Source of the DNA: Saprospiraceae bacterium
GTDB lineage: Bacteria > Bacteroidota > Bacteroidia > Chitinophagales > Saprospiraceae
Assembly (NCBI GenBank): GCA_043744455.1
Contig: JAYTUQ010000138.1
Span: 4,051-68,050, forward strand
Length of the DNA: 64,000 bases
Direction of reading: 5' to 3'
Below are positions 9,971 to 19,665 of the stretch, one piece after another. The translations under genes and the position numbers were made by a program. Position 1 is the first letter of the stretch. The number at the start of each line of letters is the position of its first letter. The notes beneath the pieces were generated by a model, which worked only from the letters and a program-made list of their open reading frames with translations, was not told where the DNA came from and ran no database searches.

Positions 9971-10507
9971 TCATTTTTCAAAATGTGATAAAAATGCCTT
10001 AGCATCTTTATCCTTTTTGAAGATTTTAAGTGCTTTTTGACCTTTAAATTTGTTCAATTCTGTTAAAATACGCTTTCTTTTTACCATATTGAAGGTGGCA
10101 ACATAATGTAAAAATTCAAAATCAAATCGTTCAAGACACCCCTCAGTCATGTCAGGTCTCGTTTTGCCTCGATAAGTCCAAATCCGCTTCACGACACGCC
10201 ACAAACACAACCAAGTAGGATAATCGAAGTAAATAATCGTATCAGCACGTTCCATTCTCATTGCCATTGTGCCACCAAAATTGCCGTCCATTATCCATTT
10301 GGGCTTTTCAATTAAGTTTTGGACCGTTTTTTCCCAAGCGTTTTTCTCCATTTCGACCCAATTGGGCTTCCAATGGTATTGGTCTAAATGAATAAGTTCC
10401 AAGCCTGTAACATCGTGCAATTGTTTTGAAAATGTAGATTTTCCTGCGCCACAACAGCCTATAACCATGATTCTATCCATTTTTGACTTTGCTTTAGAAT
10501 AAAACAC
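9971..10507 (-). CDS. P-loop NTPase/kinase (topology modulation FlaR / adenylate-kinase-like); likely start at 10480 (MDRIMVIG)
   Basis: IMVIGCCGAGKSTFSKQL Walker A, followed by LIHLDQYHWKPNWVE, typical of the FlaR-like AAA_33/AAA_18 small kinases. Confidence 0.7.
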   Translation of the reverse strand: MFYSKAKSKMDRIMVIGCCGAGKSTFSKQLHDVTGLELIHLDQYHWKPNWVEMEKNAWEKTVQNLIEKPKWIMDGNFGGTMAMRMERADTIIYFDYPTWLCLWRVVKRIWTYRGKTRPDMTEGCLERFDFEFLHYVATFNMVKRKRILTELNKFKGQKALKIFKKDKDAKAFLSHFEK

Positions 10508-10555
10508 GTTTTGATGAGAATGATATGCCGCTACGGAGTATTGTGTCTATGTATT

Positions 10556-11152
10556 TTAAAAAGGTCTCGCCGCCGCAAACTCTGCAATCTCTCCTTTCAT
10601 TGCTTGCAAATAATCAATATCGTCATAGCCATTTTGCATATTGTCTTTTTTATAACTGTTGATCTCAAAACTTTCGTTTTCGCCTGTGGCTACGATTGTA
10701 ATCTTTTGAGCGGGTAAATCAATGGTCAACAAGGCTTTTGGGTCTGCTTCAATCGCTTTGAAGATTTTATCCAAAAACTCTGGCGATACTTGAACGGGCA
10801 AAATGCCGATATTCAAAGAGTTTCCCTTGAAAATATCTGCAAAAAAGCTCGAAACGACGCAACGGAAGCCGTAATCGTATATCGCCCAAGCCGCATGTTC
10901 ACGGCTGGAACCACTGCCGAAGTTTTTACCACCCACAAGGATTTTACCGCTGTAAATTGGGTTGTTCAATACAAAATCCTGCTTTGGCGAATCGTCGTTG
11001 TTGTAACGCCAATCGCGAAAAAGATTGTCGCCGAAGCCGACACGTTCAGTTGCTTTCAAAAAACGCGCAGGGATAATTTGGTCCGTGTCCACGTTTTCAA
11101 TAGGCAATGGTACTGCTGTATCTGTTAATATGGTGAATTTGTCGTAAGCCAT
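10556..11152 (-). CDS. leuD: 3-isopropylmalate dehydratase small subunit
   Basis: [33 protein letters not shown]...[17 protein letters not shown]. The ORF-track N-terminal extension to 11431 overlaps leuC and is rejected. The ATG at 11152 gives a canonical 198 aa LeuD. Confidence 0.9.
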   Translation of the reverse strand: MAYDKFTILTDTAVPLPIENVDTDQIIPARFLKATERVGFGDNLFRDWRYNNDDSPKQDFVLNNPIYSGKILVGGKNFGSGSSREHAAWAIYDYGFRCVVSSFFADIFKGNSLNIGILPVQVSPEFLDKIFKAIEADPKALLTIDLPAQKITIVATGENESFEINSYKKDNMQNGYDDIDYLQAMKGEIAEFAAARPF

Positions 11153-11270
11153 TTTATTGTTAATGATGAATGATAAATGATGAATAATGAATGGTTGGAC
11201 GATATTTTCGGAAAACTTGAAAAGTTTTTCCGAAAATACCCCCCTCAGTATAAACGGCATAAATTCCGTT

Positions 11271-12674
11271 TTACATGAGGTCACGCGGGTCAGTAACGAC
11301 ACCTGTAACGGCGGCGGCGGCAGCGACAAGCGGACTTGCCAACAGCGTCCGTGCGCCTGGTCCTTGACGACCCTCAAAATTGCGATTGGAAGTACTAACA
11401 GCATATTTTCCAGCAGGAACTTTGTCATCATTCATTGCCAAACAAGCAGAACAGCCCGGTTGACGAAGGGCAAAACCCGCTTCAATCAATATATCCAAAA
11501 TGCCTTCTTCTTTAATTTGCGATTCAACGATGTGCGAACCTGGCACCAACCAAGCGGTGACATTATCGGCTTTTTTACGACCTTTAACGATAGAAGCGAA
11601 GGCGCGGAAATCTTCAATTCGTCCATTCGTGCAGCTGCCCAAAAAGACATAATCAATTTGCTTACCCTTCATGGCTTCGTTTTCATGGAAACCCATGTAG
11701 TTCAATGCTTTATCAAAAGTGATTTTACCACCGCCGACTTGTTCTGCTGTAGGAATAGATGCTGAAACGCCGAGACCCATGCCCGGATTCGTGCCGTAAG
11801 TAATCATTGGCTCGATTTGACTGCCGTCATAAACATATTCTATGTCAAAAACAGTTCCTTCGTCAGTCTTCAAAGTGCGCCAATAAGCGACTAATTCATC
11901 CCATTTATCCCCTTTTGGTGCTAATGGACGACCGTTTAGGTAGTTAAAAGTTGTTTCGTCGGGCGCTATCATACCGCCACGTGCGCCAGATTCGATACTC
12001 ATATTACAGACGGTCATGCGACCTTCCATTGTCATACTTTCAAAAACTTCACCGGCGTATTCTACAAAATAACCCGTTGCGCCACTCGCTGAAATTTGAG
12101 AAATGATATACAATGCTACGTCTTTTGGCATCACACCTTTTCCTAATGTGCCGTTGACTGTAATCCGCATTTTTTTAGGCTTTGGCTGCATGATACATTG
12201 CGAAGACAAAACCATTTCAACCTCTGATGTACCAATGCCAAAAGCAATTGCGCCAAAAGCACCATGCGTAGAGGTATGAGAATCACCGCAAACGATGGTC
12301 ATACCGGGCAAAGTGATGCCGTTTTCAGGTCCAACGACATGAACGATACCGTTTTTTGCATGTCCTAAACCCCAGTGCGAAATACCGTATTTCGCCGAGT
12401 TGCGCTCCAAAGCATCTAATTGGTTGGCAGATAATTTGTCCTTTACGGGCAAATGTTGATTGATAGTTGGGGTATTGTGGTCAGCTGTTGCGAAGGTTCT
12501 ATCGGAGTACATAACGTCCAAACCTCTGCTCTCTAAACCCACAAATGCCACTGGACTGGTCACTTCGTGAATAAAATGACGGTCAATAAAGAAAATATCG
12601 GGACCACCAACGATTTGTCTAACCACATGTGTATCCCAAACTTTGTCGAATAATGAAAGTGCTGTATTATCCAT
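11271..12674 (-). CDS. leuC: 3-isopropylmalate dehydratase large subunit
   Basis: Aconitase-family motifs are present: [46 protein letters not shown]. Confidence 0.95.
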   Translation of the reverse strand: MDNTALSLFDKVWDTHVVRQIVGGPDIFFIDRHFIHEVTSPVAFVGLESRGLDVMYSDRTFATADHNTPTINQHLPVKDKLSANQLDALERNSAKYGISHWGLGHAKNGIVHVVGPENGITLPGMTIVCGDSHTSTHGAFGAIAFGIGTSEVEMVLSSQCIMQPKPKKMRITVNGTLGKGVMPKDVALYIISQISASGATGYFVEYAGEVFESMTMEGRMTVCNMSIESGARGGMIAPDETTFNYLNGRPLAPKGDKWDELVAYWRTLKTDEGTVFDIEYVYDGSQIEPMITYGTNPGMGLGVSASIPTAEQVGGGKITFDKALNYMGFHENEAMKGKQIDYVFLGSCTNGRIEDFRAFASIVKGRKKADNVTAWLVPGSHIVESQIKEEGILDILIEAGFALRQPGCSACLAMNDDKVPAGKYAVSTSNRNFEGRQGPGARTLLASPLVAAAAAVTGVVTDPRDLM

Positions 12675-13023
12675 TTTAATTATTATATTTTTAGTGGTGC
12701 GAAATTAAAGTAATTGGGTCAAAAACAAGATAAAATGATGTGTGGGATTACGATGTCCAAAATAGTAATTTTTAAAACTTTATTTGGATGGTTATGAATT
12801 CATCATAATACCCCCCCTCAGTATTTGCTCGATTTAGAAATACTTTACAAATCCGTTAGGATTTTCACGTTTGTAAAAAAACATAAGCCTTTCTTTCCAT
12901 TTTTTAAGTATGTTTGTTTCAAAAATATTGGAACAATATTTATAAACCTTAGACATATTTAGAAGGACAAAAATCCTTACACTTTTTACACCATTTTTTA
13001 TTCACTCTAAACGCTTTGTTCAA

Positions 13024-14628
13024 ATGAAAAACAATACGACCAAGACACCGCTTTTCAATACGTTGCGAAAAGCTCTCCGTATGGCTATTACTGCCAATAA
13101 AACACAAGCCTCTTCCGAAGAAATGGTACAACGTGCCGAAGAATCCTTAATGACGAGACGTAAATTCATCGAAAATACAGGTAAAACGCTCATTATTGGC
13201 GGTTTGACGGGCTCGACTACTGAGGGGGTATTTGGTCACAGCCTTTTCTCTAAAAATCCACCACGTATTGCTATTGTCGGAGCGGGCATTGCGGGACTTC
13301 ACACCTTGCATATACTCAAAAAGGCAGGAATTGACGCAACAATTTACGAAGCATCGGGCAGAACAAGCGGACGTATATTTACCGTTCAAAATGCGATGGG
13401 CGAAGGGACTTGGACAGAATTTGGCGGTGAATTTGTGGATACCAACCATAAAGACATGTGGGATTTGGCGAAAGAGTTTAGCCTTGAACTCATTGACTAT
13501 GCACAGACATCTGAAAATGCTTTGACGAAAGAAGTTTTCTTCTTTGAGGGTAAAAATCACTCACTTAAAGAGGTTGTTGAGGCATTTCGGGGCTTTGCAG
13601 ACAAAATTGCTGCCGACGCGGAACGTTTGCCCGACAATATGAGTACGGAAGGGTATAAAACTAAAGACCCCTTTATCAAAAAACTCGACCGCATGTCGTT
13701 GTCGGCATATCTCGAAAAGATAGGTGCAAGGGGCTGGATTAAAGAATTTATTGAAGTCAGTTACGAATCTGAATATGGTTTGTCGCCACAGGTTCAGTCA
13801 GCGATTAATTTACCTATTCTTATATCTACGGATACTGAGGGGGGCAAATTTGAGTTGTTTGGCGAGAGCGATGAACGATATAAAGTCAAAGGAGGCAACC
13901 AATCTATTCCTGATGCTATTGCAAAGAAATATACCGAACATATACAACTCAATCGTTCGTTGGAAGCTATTAGTCGCTCGTCAAATCATTATAATTTGAC
14001 GTTTTCAGGTATGAAAAATCCAGTAAAAGCGGACTATGTGGTTATTGCTATACCCTTTTCACGCTTAAGAAATGTTGATATTCGCCTACAAATGCCACAA
14101 GTTAAATGGGATTCCATAAATCATATGGGTTTTGGGTCAAATGCTAAATTGATGCTCGGTATGAACAAGCATTTTTGGCGCGGACAAGGCTTTCAAGGCT
14201 TGTGTTATGCCGATAATGGTATTCCAAACGGTTGGGACAATGCCCAATTGCAGAATGGGGACAACCAAGTGGCTGGTTTGTCAATCTTATTTGGTGGTCC
14301 ATCAGGTATAGCCCTAGGAAAAGGCTCTGTTCATTCACAAAAAGACAAATATTTGCCGCTTTGGGATAAGATTTATAACGGCGCAATTGAAAATTTTAAT
14401 GGCAAAATGGTGCGGATGCACTGGCCTTCTTACCCTTACGCACTCGGCAGCTATATTTGTTATCGTGCAGGACAATATACGAGTATTGCAGGTGCTGAAG
14501 CGATGCCCATTGGCAATGTCTTTTTTGCAGGTGAACATTGTGGCGGAGATTTTTCGGGTTTTATGAATGGTGCGGCTCAAAGTGGTCGTGAGGCAGCAGA
14601 AAAAATCGTTGCGAAAGTGGCTAAATAG
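13024..14628 (+). CDS. FAD-dependent amine oxidase (flavin monoamine/L-amino-acid oxidase family), probable Tat-exported
   Basis: Twin-arginine-like signal MTRRKFIENTGKTLIIGGL. Dinucleotide-binding fold IAIVGAGIAGLHTLHILKKAGIDATIYEASGRTSGR. C-terminal FFAGEH motif. The true start may be an internal Met upstream of the RR motif. Confidence 0.8.
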   Translation: MKNNTTKTPLFNTLRKALRMAITANKTQASSEEMVQRAEESLMTRRKFIENTGKTLIIGGLTGSTTEGVFGHSLFSKNPPRIAIVGAGIAGLHTLHILKKAGIDATIYEASGRTSGRIFTVQNAMGEGTWTEFGGEFVDTNHKDMWDLAKEFSLELIDYAQTSENALTKEVFFFEGKNHSLKEVVEAFRGFADKIAADAERLPDNMSTEGYKTKDPFIKKLDRMSLSAYLEKIGARGWIKEFIEVSYESEYGLSPQVQSAINLPILISTDTEGGKFELFGESDERYKVKGGNQSIPDAIAKKYTEHIQLNRSLEAISRSSNHYNLTFSGMKNPVKADYVVIAIPFSRLRNVDIRLQMPQVKWDSINHMGFGSNAKLMLGMNKHFWRGQGFQGLCYADNGIPNGWDNAQLQNGDNQVAGLSILFGGPSGIALGKGSVHSQKDKYLPLWDKIYNGAIENFNGKMVRMHWPSYPYALGSYICYRAGQYTSIAGAEAMPIGNVFFAGEHCGGDFSGFMNGAAQSGREAAEKIVAKVAK

Positions 14629-14837
14629 TCTATATTTTCAGGTACTTCAAAAGTCTCTTCAATGATTTTATACCCCCTCAGTAAAAATGATAACAAGCGA
14701 CTCAACCTCGTCGAAATTCAGATTTCGACGAGGTTTTTTCATACTTCTTTTTTCCTATCTTTACCTTTTTTAAAGACATTTGTAAGTAGGGCAATTACAA
14801 CATTCGCCCTTTCATTATCACCAATCATTGAAATAAT

Positions 14838-16319
14838 ATGGCACAACAAAACGACACCGCCTTCTTTGGTCAACCGCGTGGGTTAGCAACACTTTTTTTT
14901 ACTGAAATGTGGGAACGCTTCTCCTATTATGGCATGCGCGCCTTGCTCATTCTGTTTATGACTGCCAGTATTGCCGACGGCGGACTCGGTTTTAACACCC
15001 GTTTGGCGGGCGTGGTTTATGGCATCTACACGGCTTTGGTTTATATGACCAACTTGCCTGGTGGTTGGATTGCAGACCGCTTTATGGGCGCAAGAAAAGC
15101 CGTTTTTGTAGGTGGTGTTATCATTATGTGTGGGCATATCTTATTGATGTTCAACGGCTTAGCTTTTTTTTACACAGGTTTACTCTGCGTCATCATCGGG
15201 ACAGGTTTGCTGAAACCCAATGTCAGTACGATGGTCGGTGGTTTGTACTCTAAAGAAGATAAAAGACGCGACGGTGGCTTCTCAATTTTCTACATGGGCA
15301 TCAATTTAGGTGCATTTATAGCTCCTTTAATTTGTGGTTACTTAGGTCAAAAAGTCAATTGGCACTTCGGATTTGGTGCAGCAGCTGTTGGTATGTTCTT
15401 CGGTTTGTTACAATACAAATTAACTGAAAATTACCTTGGCGAAGTGGGCTTACCTTCTGAAAAAGCATTAAATCCAATGGCAGTGAGCGATGCCAAACGC
15501 CAATTACTGAGGGGTCTGGGCTATTTTACGGTGTTCATACTTATTCTCGTGGGGTTGGTGTATGGCAATGTCTTCGAAGTTAATCCCCGCAACTTGAGTA
15601 TTTTATTCGGCGGCATCTATGTAGTGTTGGTTTTGGGCTATTTCAGCTCATTATTTATGCAAAAAGACTTTACAACAGAGGAACGTGGGCGTTTGGTGGT
15701 CATTGTCGTCTTGTTTATTGCCGCCGCTTTGTTTTGGGCAAGTTACGAACAAGTCGGCTCAACATTGAGTCTCTTCGCTGATCGATTTACGGTCAATAGT
15801 GTCTTCGGTATGGACTTTCCGTCGTCTTGGTGGCAATCGGTTCATGCTTGTGTGATTATCTTTTTCGCGCCTGTTTTTGCTTGGTTATGGATTTATTTAG
15901 CGAAAAGAGACAAAGAACCTTCCATTCCAGTCAAGTTTGCATTAGGTCTCATCTTCGCGGGATTAAGTTTCCTCATTTTAGTCCCTGCTGCCTTGTATTT
16001 GGGTGCAAATGAGGGGTCAAGGGTTGGACCACAATGGTTATTAACTGTTTTCTTTTTGCAAACGCTGGGCGAATTGTGCTTGAGTCCAGTGGGTTTGAGT
16101 TCAATGACCAAATTAGCACCGCAACGCATCGTGGGTCAGATGATGGGTGTTTGGTTTTTAGCTGCTTCTGTTGGCAATTTTATCGGTGGACAAGTGGGCA
16201 GTTTATTTGAGACATATCCATTGCCTCAAATCTTCTTCACGGTCTTTACTTTTGCGGCAACAACAGGGGTTTTGATGTTCTTGTTTAGAAAGAAATTAAC
16301 AAATTTGATAAGGCAATAA
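14838..16319 (+). CDS. POT/PTR2 family di-/tripeptide:proton symporter
   Basis: FFTEMWERFSYYGMRALLILFM and GGWIADRFMG signatures, with about 12-14 TM segments. Confidence 0.9.
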   Translation: MAQQNDTAFFGQPRGLATLFFTEMWERFSYYGMRALLILFMTASIADGGLGFNTRLAGVVYGIYTALVYMTNLPGGWIADRFMGARKAVFVGGVIIMCGHILLMFNGLAFFYTGLLCVIIGTGLLKPNVSTMVGGLYSKEDKRRDGGFSIFYMGINLGAFIAPLICGYLGQKVNWHFGFGAAAVGMFFGLLQYKLTENYLGEVGLPSEKALNPMAVSDAKRQLLRGLGYFTVFILILVGLVYGNVFEVNPRNLSILFGGIYVVLVLGYFSSLFMQKDFTTEERGRLVVIVVLFIAAALFWASYEQVGSTLSLFADRFTVNSVFGMDFPSSWWQSVHACVIIFFAPVFAWLWIYLAKRDKEPSIPVKFALGLIFAGLSFLILVPAALYLGANEGSRVGPQWLLTVFFLQTLGELCLSPVGLSSMTKLAPQRIVGQMMGVWFLAASVGNFIGGQVGSLFETYPLPQIFFTVFTFAATTGVLMFLFRKKLTNLIRQ

Positions 16320-16344
16320 GTCGTTATGGGGCGTAAAAAACGTT

Positions 16345-16368
16345 AGGGAAATTTATAAAAATTTCCCT
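16345..16368. terminator. hairpin between convergent POT and acylase genes (stem AGGGAAATTT / AAATTTCCCT, loop ATAA)
   Basis: Perfect 10-bp stem read directly from the sequence, lying between stop codons at 16319 (+) and 16382 (-). Confidence 0.55.
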
Positions 16369-16381
16369 GACGTGGGCGCAA

Positions 16382-18565
16382 TTATTCGCCAGGATGATAC
16401 GTCCTTTCACTGTGTTTCAGGACATCTTCTTTGTAAAACAAAACATCTTTAAATTGTCCTTTGGTGTACATTTCTGCTTGGTCATCAAAATGTTTTGAGT
16501 TGATATCGCCACTTTCTCCACCCGCCAAAAGTGATTTCGCTTTGATTTTAGGACCAAACTCAACGGCACAGACGAAACTATTTCCGCCACCGCCGTATCT
16601 TTTAATCGTTCCTTTTCTATAATCGGACTTAAAAGCAGGCAAACAGCCCCACAGTGACGACGTAAACGCCACAGGAAAACTCGCTTTTTTGTCGTCAAAC
16701 GGATGATTGATGTTGCTGGAGATACGTTGAAAACGATTGATGTCGCCCCAACGCACTTGCCACGTTCCAAAATTGGTTTTTAACTCACTCACTACCGTCA
16801 ATAATTGCGGAAACAAATCATCAGGCGTGGCAATTGCTGCAAAACGTTTCGTATTTTCTACTTGATCACTTTCGCCTTGGTCGATATATGTTTTTTGAAT
16901 GATGCTATTGGATTTATGCGCCCATTCGATGGCTAAAGTCGTCGCTACAGAGGGGGTCGCTGCATGATAATCCCATTGTTTTAAAACCGAAATGGGTTCA
17001 ACTAAAGCCGTATAACGTGCATCATTTGCCAAATTGTTTTTCTCAAAAGATTGAATGAGTGCAGGTATCAATATCTCGAATGCAGGTAAATAAGTATCAT
17101 ATCCTGAAGCAATCACTTTGTCCAATGTGTATTTATTACCACCATTACTCAATACACGAACCGCGTTAACACCTCTGAAATTTTCGCCATCGGGCGCCAT
17201 GTAGGTTTCATAATTTTCCTTTTTCGGACTGTTTTCACCCGCACACGTATAAGGTGTAGAATTACAATTTTGTAACCAACCATTGGGTGGATTGTAGGCA
17301 TGGACAATGTCTTTAACTTCGTGCAAACCTTTCCATTCGGTGGTAGAAGTCGAGCCATCCATGACCTTCGACCAATTCAATTTTTTATTTCGGATGGGTA
17401 CGTAATTGCCATGCCAATAAGCGATATTGCCTTTATCATCTGCAAAAACGGTATTATTTGACGTATTTGCCTTCAAATCCATCGCTTTTTTGTAATCTTC
17501 AAAACCTTTAGCTTTAGTTCTCACCCAACTTTCAACCAAACTTTTTTTAGCGCGATTATATGACTTTAAACTCACCCATTTGCCATCTCTTTTTGCCATG
17601 ATGGGTCCATGATGCGTTGCATAAGTCATTATGGTTTTTGATTTTACAACACCATTATCGACATAGCGCAAAGTCACTTTCTTTGTTTTAACTGGTTTTA
17701 GTTTTGAGTCATATTCATAAAACAGCTTTTTGTTGCGGGTAACAACTTTTTCCGCATACATGTCCGCCACGTCCACATTTGAAGACGTATGCATCCAACC
17801 GCAGTGTTCGTTGAAACCTTGATAAATGAAAAACTGTCCCCAAGTGACCGCACCGTAGGCATTCAAACCCTCTTCGCTCGTGACGTGCACTTCTGGACGA
17901 AAATAAAAAGTCGTATGTGGATTGATGTAGAGAATGGCATTCCCAGAAGCTGTTTTGGAAGGTCCAAAAGCAAAGCCATTTGAACCTGTTTGCATGTCAT
18001 GGTCTTTTGTTTTGACCGCCGAAGTCGAATTGTCACCTGTATAAAACTTTTTTAACTCTGCCACAGATAAATCAGCCGTACTAATGGCACCGATACTACC
18101 ATCCGTCCAGAGCAAAGGATACCACGGTTGAAAATGATGCAACAAAGCAGGTTTTACTGAGGGGTGTGTTTGGAGATAAAAATTAACGCCATCGGCATAA
18201 GCGTCTAATATTTTTTTAAGCCATGGCTCAGCTTGTTTATATTCAGCAATGGCTTCGGTTGAGTCAATCAATAAACGGATTTGTAAATCATCATAGAGGC
18301 TCGATTCACCTTTGATTTCCGCCAAACGTCCCAATTTTTCAATATAATTCAATTCCACACGCTTGAAATCATCTTCACATTGGGCATACAGCAAACCAAA
18401 AATGGCATTGGCATCGGTTTTACCATAAATGTGCGGAATGCCCCAATTGTCTCGAATGATGGTCACGTCTTTCGCCTGTTGTTTACAACGCGTGATGTCA
18501 GCAGACGTAAAAGTTTGAGCGCATAATGATACTGGAAATAGAAAAAGTAGAAGGAATTTTTTCAT
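16382..18565 (-). CDS. penicillin acylase family Ntn-hydrolase (secreted)
   Basis: Signal peptide MKKFLLLFLFPVSLCAQ. The internal GSNGFAFGPSKTASGNAILYINPH is the autoproteolytic Ser-Asn nucleophile region of penicillin/AHL acylases. Confidence 0.85.
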   Translation of the reverse strand: MKKFLLLFLFPVSLCAQTFTSADITRCKQQAKDVTIIRDNWGIPHIYGKTDANAIFGLLYAQCEDDFKRVELNYIEKLGRLAEIKGESSLYDDLQIRLLIDSTEAIAEYKQAEPWLKKILDAYADGVNFYLQTHPSVKPALLHHFQPWYPLLWTDGSIGAISTADLSVAELKKFYTGDNSTSAVKTKDHDMQTGSNGFAFGPSKTASGNAILYINPHTTFYFRPEVHVTSEEGLNAYGAVTWGQFFIYQGFNEHCGWMHTSSNVDVADMYAEKVVTRNKKLFYEYDSKLKPVKTKKVTLRYVDNGVVKSKTIMTYATHHGPIMAKRDGKWVSLKSYNRAKKSLVESWVRTKAKGFEDYKKAMDLKANTSNNTVFADDKGNIAYWHGNYVPIRNKKLNWSKVMDGSTSTTEWKGLHEVKDIVHAYNPPNGWLQNCNSTPYTCAGENSPKKENYETYMAPDGENFRGVNAVRVLSNGGNKYTLDKVIASGYDTYLPAFEILIPALIQSFEKNNLANDARYTALVEPISVLKQWDYHAATPSVATTLAIEWAHKSNSIIQKTYIDQGESDQVENTKRFAAIATPDDLFPQLLTVVSELKTNFGTWQVRWGDINRFQRISSNINHPFDDKKASFPVAFTSSLWGCLPAFKSDYRKGTIKRYGGGGNSFVCAVEFGPKIKAKSLLAGGESGDINSKHFDDQAEMYTKGQFKDVLFYKEDVLKHSERTYHPGE

Positions 18566-18599
18566 GTTAATAGGTTTGATTTGATATATATGGTTGCAT

Positions 18600-18632
18600 A
18601 GGTATTGGATATTTTAAAAATATCCAATACCT
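18600..18632. promoter_or_regulatory. 33-bp perfect palindrome AGGTATTGGATATTTT-A-AAAATATCCAATACCT upstream of the acylase start
   Basis: Read directly; 16-bp arms around a single central base, 35-67 bp upstream of the ATG at 18565. Related GGAWATTTWAAAAATWTCC cores occur at 16345 and 19537. Confidence 0.4.
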
Positions 18633-18834
18633 CATTCGCTTAAAGTTCGCAAAATAATAAAATTGAGCTAATGGTTTTAAGGTTTTGCGCTTGTTTATGT
18701 TTAGGAAACTTTTAAAGTTACCTAAATGAAAAAGTGCCGTCCACAAACAAGGTGAAAGGCACTTCTAAATAAAATCCATTTTCTTTCATTAACGACATTT
18801 TAATACGTGTCTATTCTTATAAAAGTTGCGGGGG

Positions 18835-19501
18835 TCAGTTAACCCAAATCGTCACAGGTTCACTATACCCACTCACCAACGTACCCGCACCAATACTTTT
18901 AAGACGATATGTTTTTTTTGCGCCCACTTCCAAATCCGTCAATTGCAAAGATGTTTGGCTGCAATATTTGCCATTTTGCCATTTGCCTTCACTATCTAAT
19001 TCTTCCAAACCATAGGTGATTGCCCCTTTAACGAATCATTATATTATTCTTGAAAACAATAAAAGTAGAAAATACTGAGGGGGTCAAAACATCCGAAGTT
19101 ATGTTTGTCCCATTTGACGTTATGTTTGTCCCATTTGACGTTATGTTTGTCCCATTTGAAGTTATGTTTGCCGCATTTGAAGTCATTTTTGTCCCATTTG
19201 AAGTTATTTTTGCCGCGTTTGAAGTTATGTTTGTCCCATTCGAAGTTATTTTTGCCGCATTTGAAGTCATTTTTGTCCCATTTGATTTATTTTTGCCGCA
19301 TTTGAAGTCATTTTTGTCCCATTTGAAGTTATGTTTGTCCCATTTGACGTTATGTTTGCCGCATTTGAAGTTATTTTTGCCGCATTTGAAGTTATGTTTG
19401 CCACATCCGAAGTTATGTTTGCCACATTTGAAGTTATTTTTGCCGCATTTGAAGTCATGTTTGCCGCATTTTAAGTTTGGGCAATGAAGAAAGAGACTCA
19501 A
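18835..19501 (-). pseudogene. decayed repeat-containing gene: heptad-repeat region plus out-of-frame FN3-like C-terminal fragment
   Basis: Minus-strand frame B at 18835-19029 translates to FVKGAITYGLEELDSEGKWQNGKYCSQTSLQLTDLEVGAKKTYRLKSIGAGTLVSGYSEPVTIWVN*, which looks like an FN3 C-terminus but has no start. The upstream 157 aa ORF (19028-19501) is the tandem repeat read in another frame, changes register inside the array, and has a TTG start and no signal peptide. Confidence 0.35.
19095..19471. repeat. tandem array of 18 x 21-bp units (consensus GAAGTTATGTTTGYCSCATTT)
   Basis: Units were delimited by hand. Two alternating variants are present (..ATGTTTGTCCCATTT and ..ATTTTTGCCGCATTT), and unit 10 (19284-19303) is 20 bp. 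The unit is stop-free in several frames, which explains the four overlapping ORFs in the track on both strands. Confidence 0.95.
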
Positions 19502-19665
19502 AAGGAGGCTTATATTCCTGTTTTACCTCACTTTTAGGATATTTTAAAAATTTCCTACTGTTTTTTAATCTTGAAAAAAATTTATCGTCCGTTTGTATAG
19601 GGATAAAATGAGAAGGGCGGCGTGTTGTGACACGTTGCCCTTTAGGTTTTTGCAGTATAAACCAT

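Noticed and set aside
10556-11431. A 291 aa version of leuD with a 93 aa N-terminal extension
   Set aside because: The extension overlaps the 3-prime end of leuC and contains the intergenic signature motif. The canonical LeuD N-terminus (MAYDKFT..) starts at 11152.
12675-13023. A leucine leader peptide, attenuator or T-box upstream of leuC
   Set aside because: I could find no Leu-codon-rich mini-ORF, no T-box-like specifier or antiterminator, and no convincing alternative hairpins. The only notable feature is a signature motif copy at 12808.
19028-19501. Four overlapping ORFs on both strands (157, 145, 66 and 63 aa) across the 21-bp array, and the idea that the array is a CRISPR locus
   Set aside because: All four are the same stop-free tandem repeat read in different frames. 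The longest changes register at the 20-bp unit, starts with TTG and has no signal peptide. The units are contiguous with no unique spacers, so this is not a CRISPR array.
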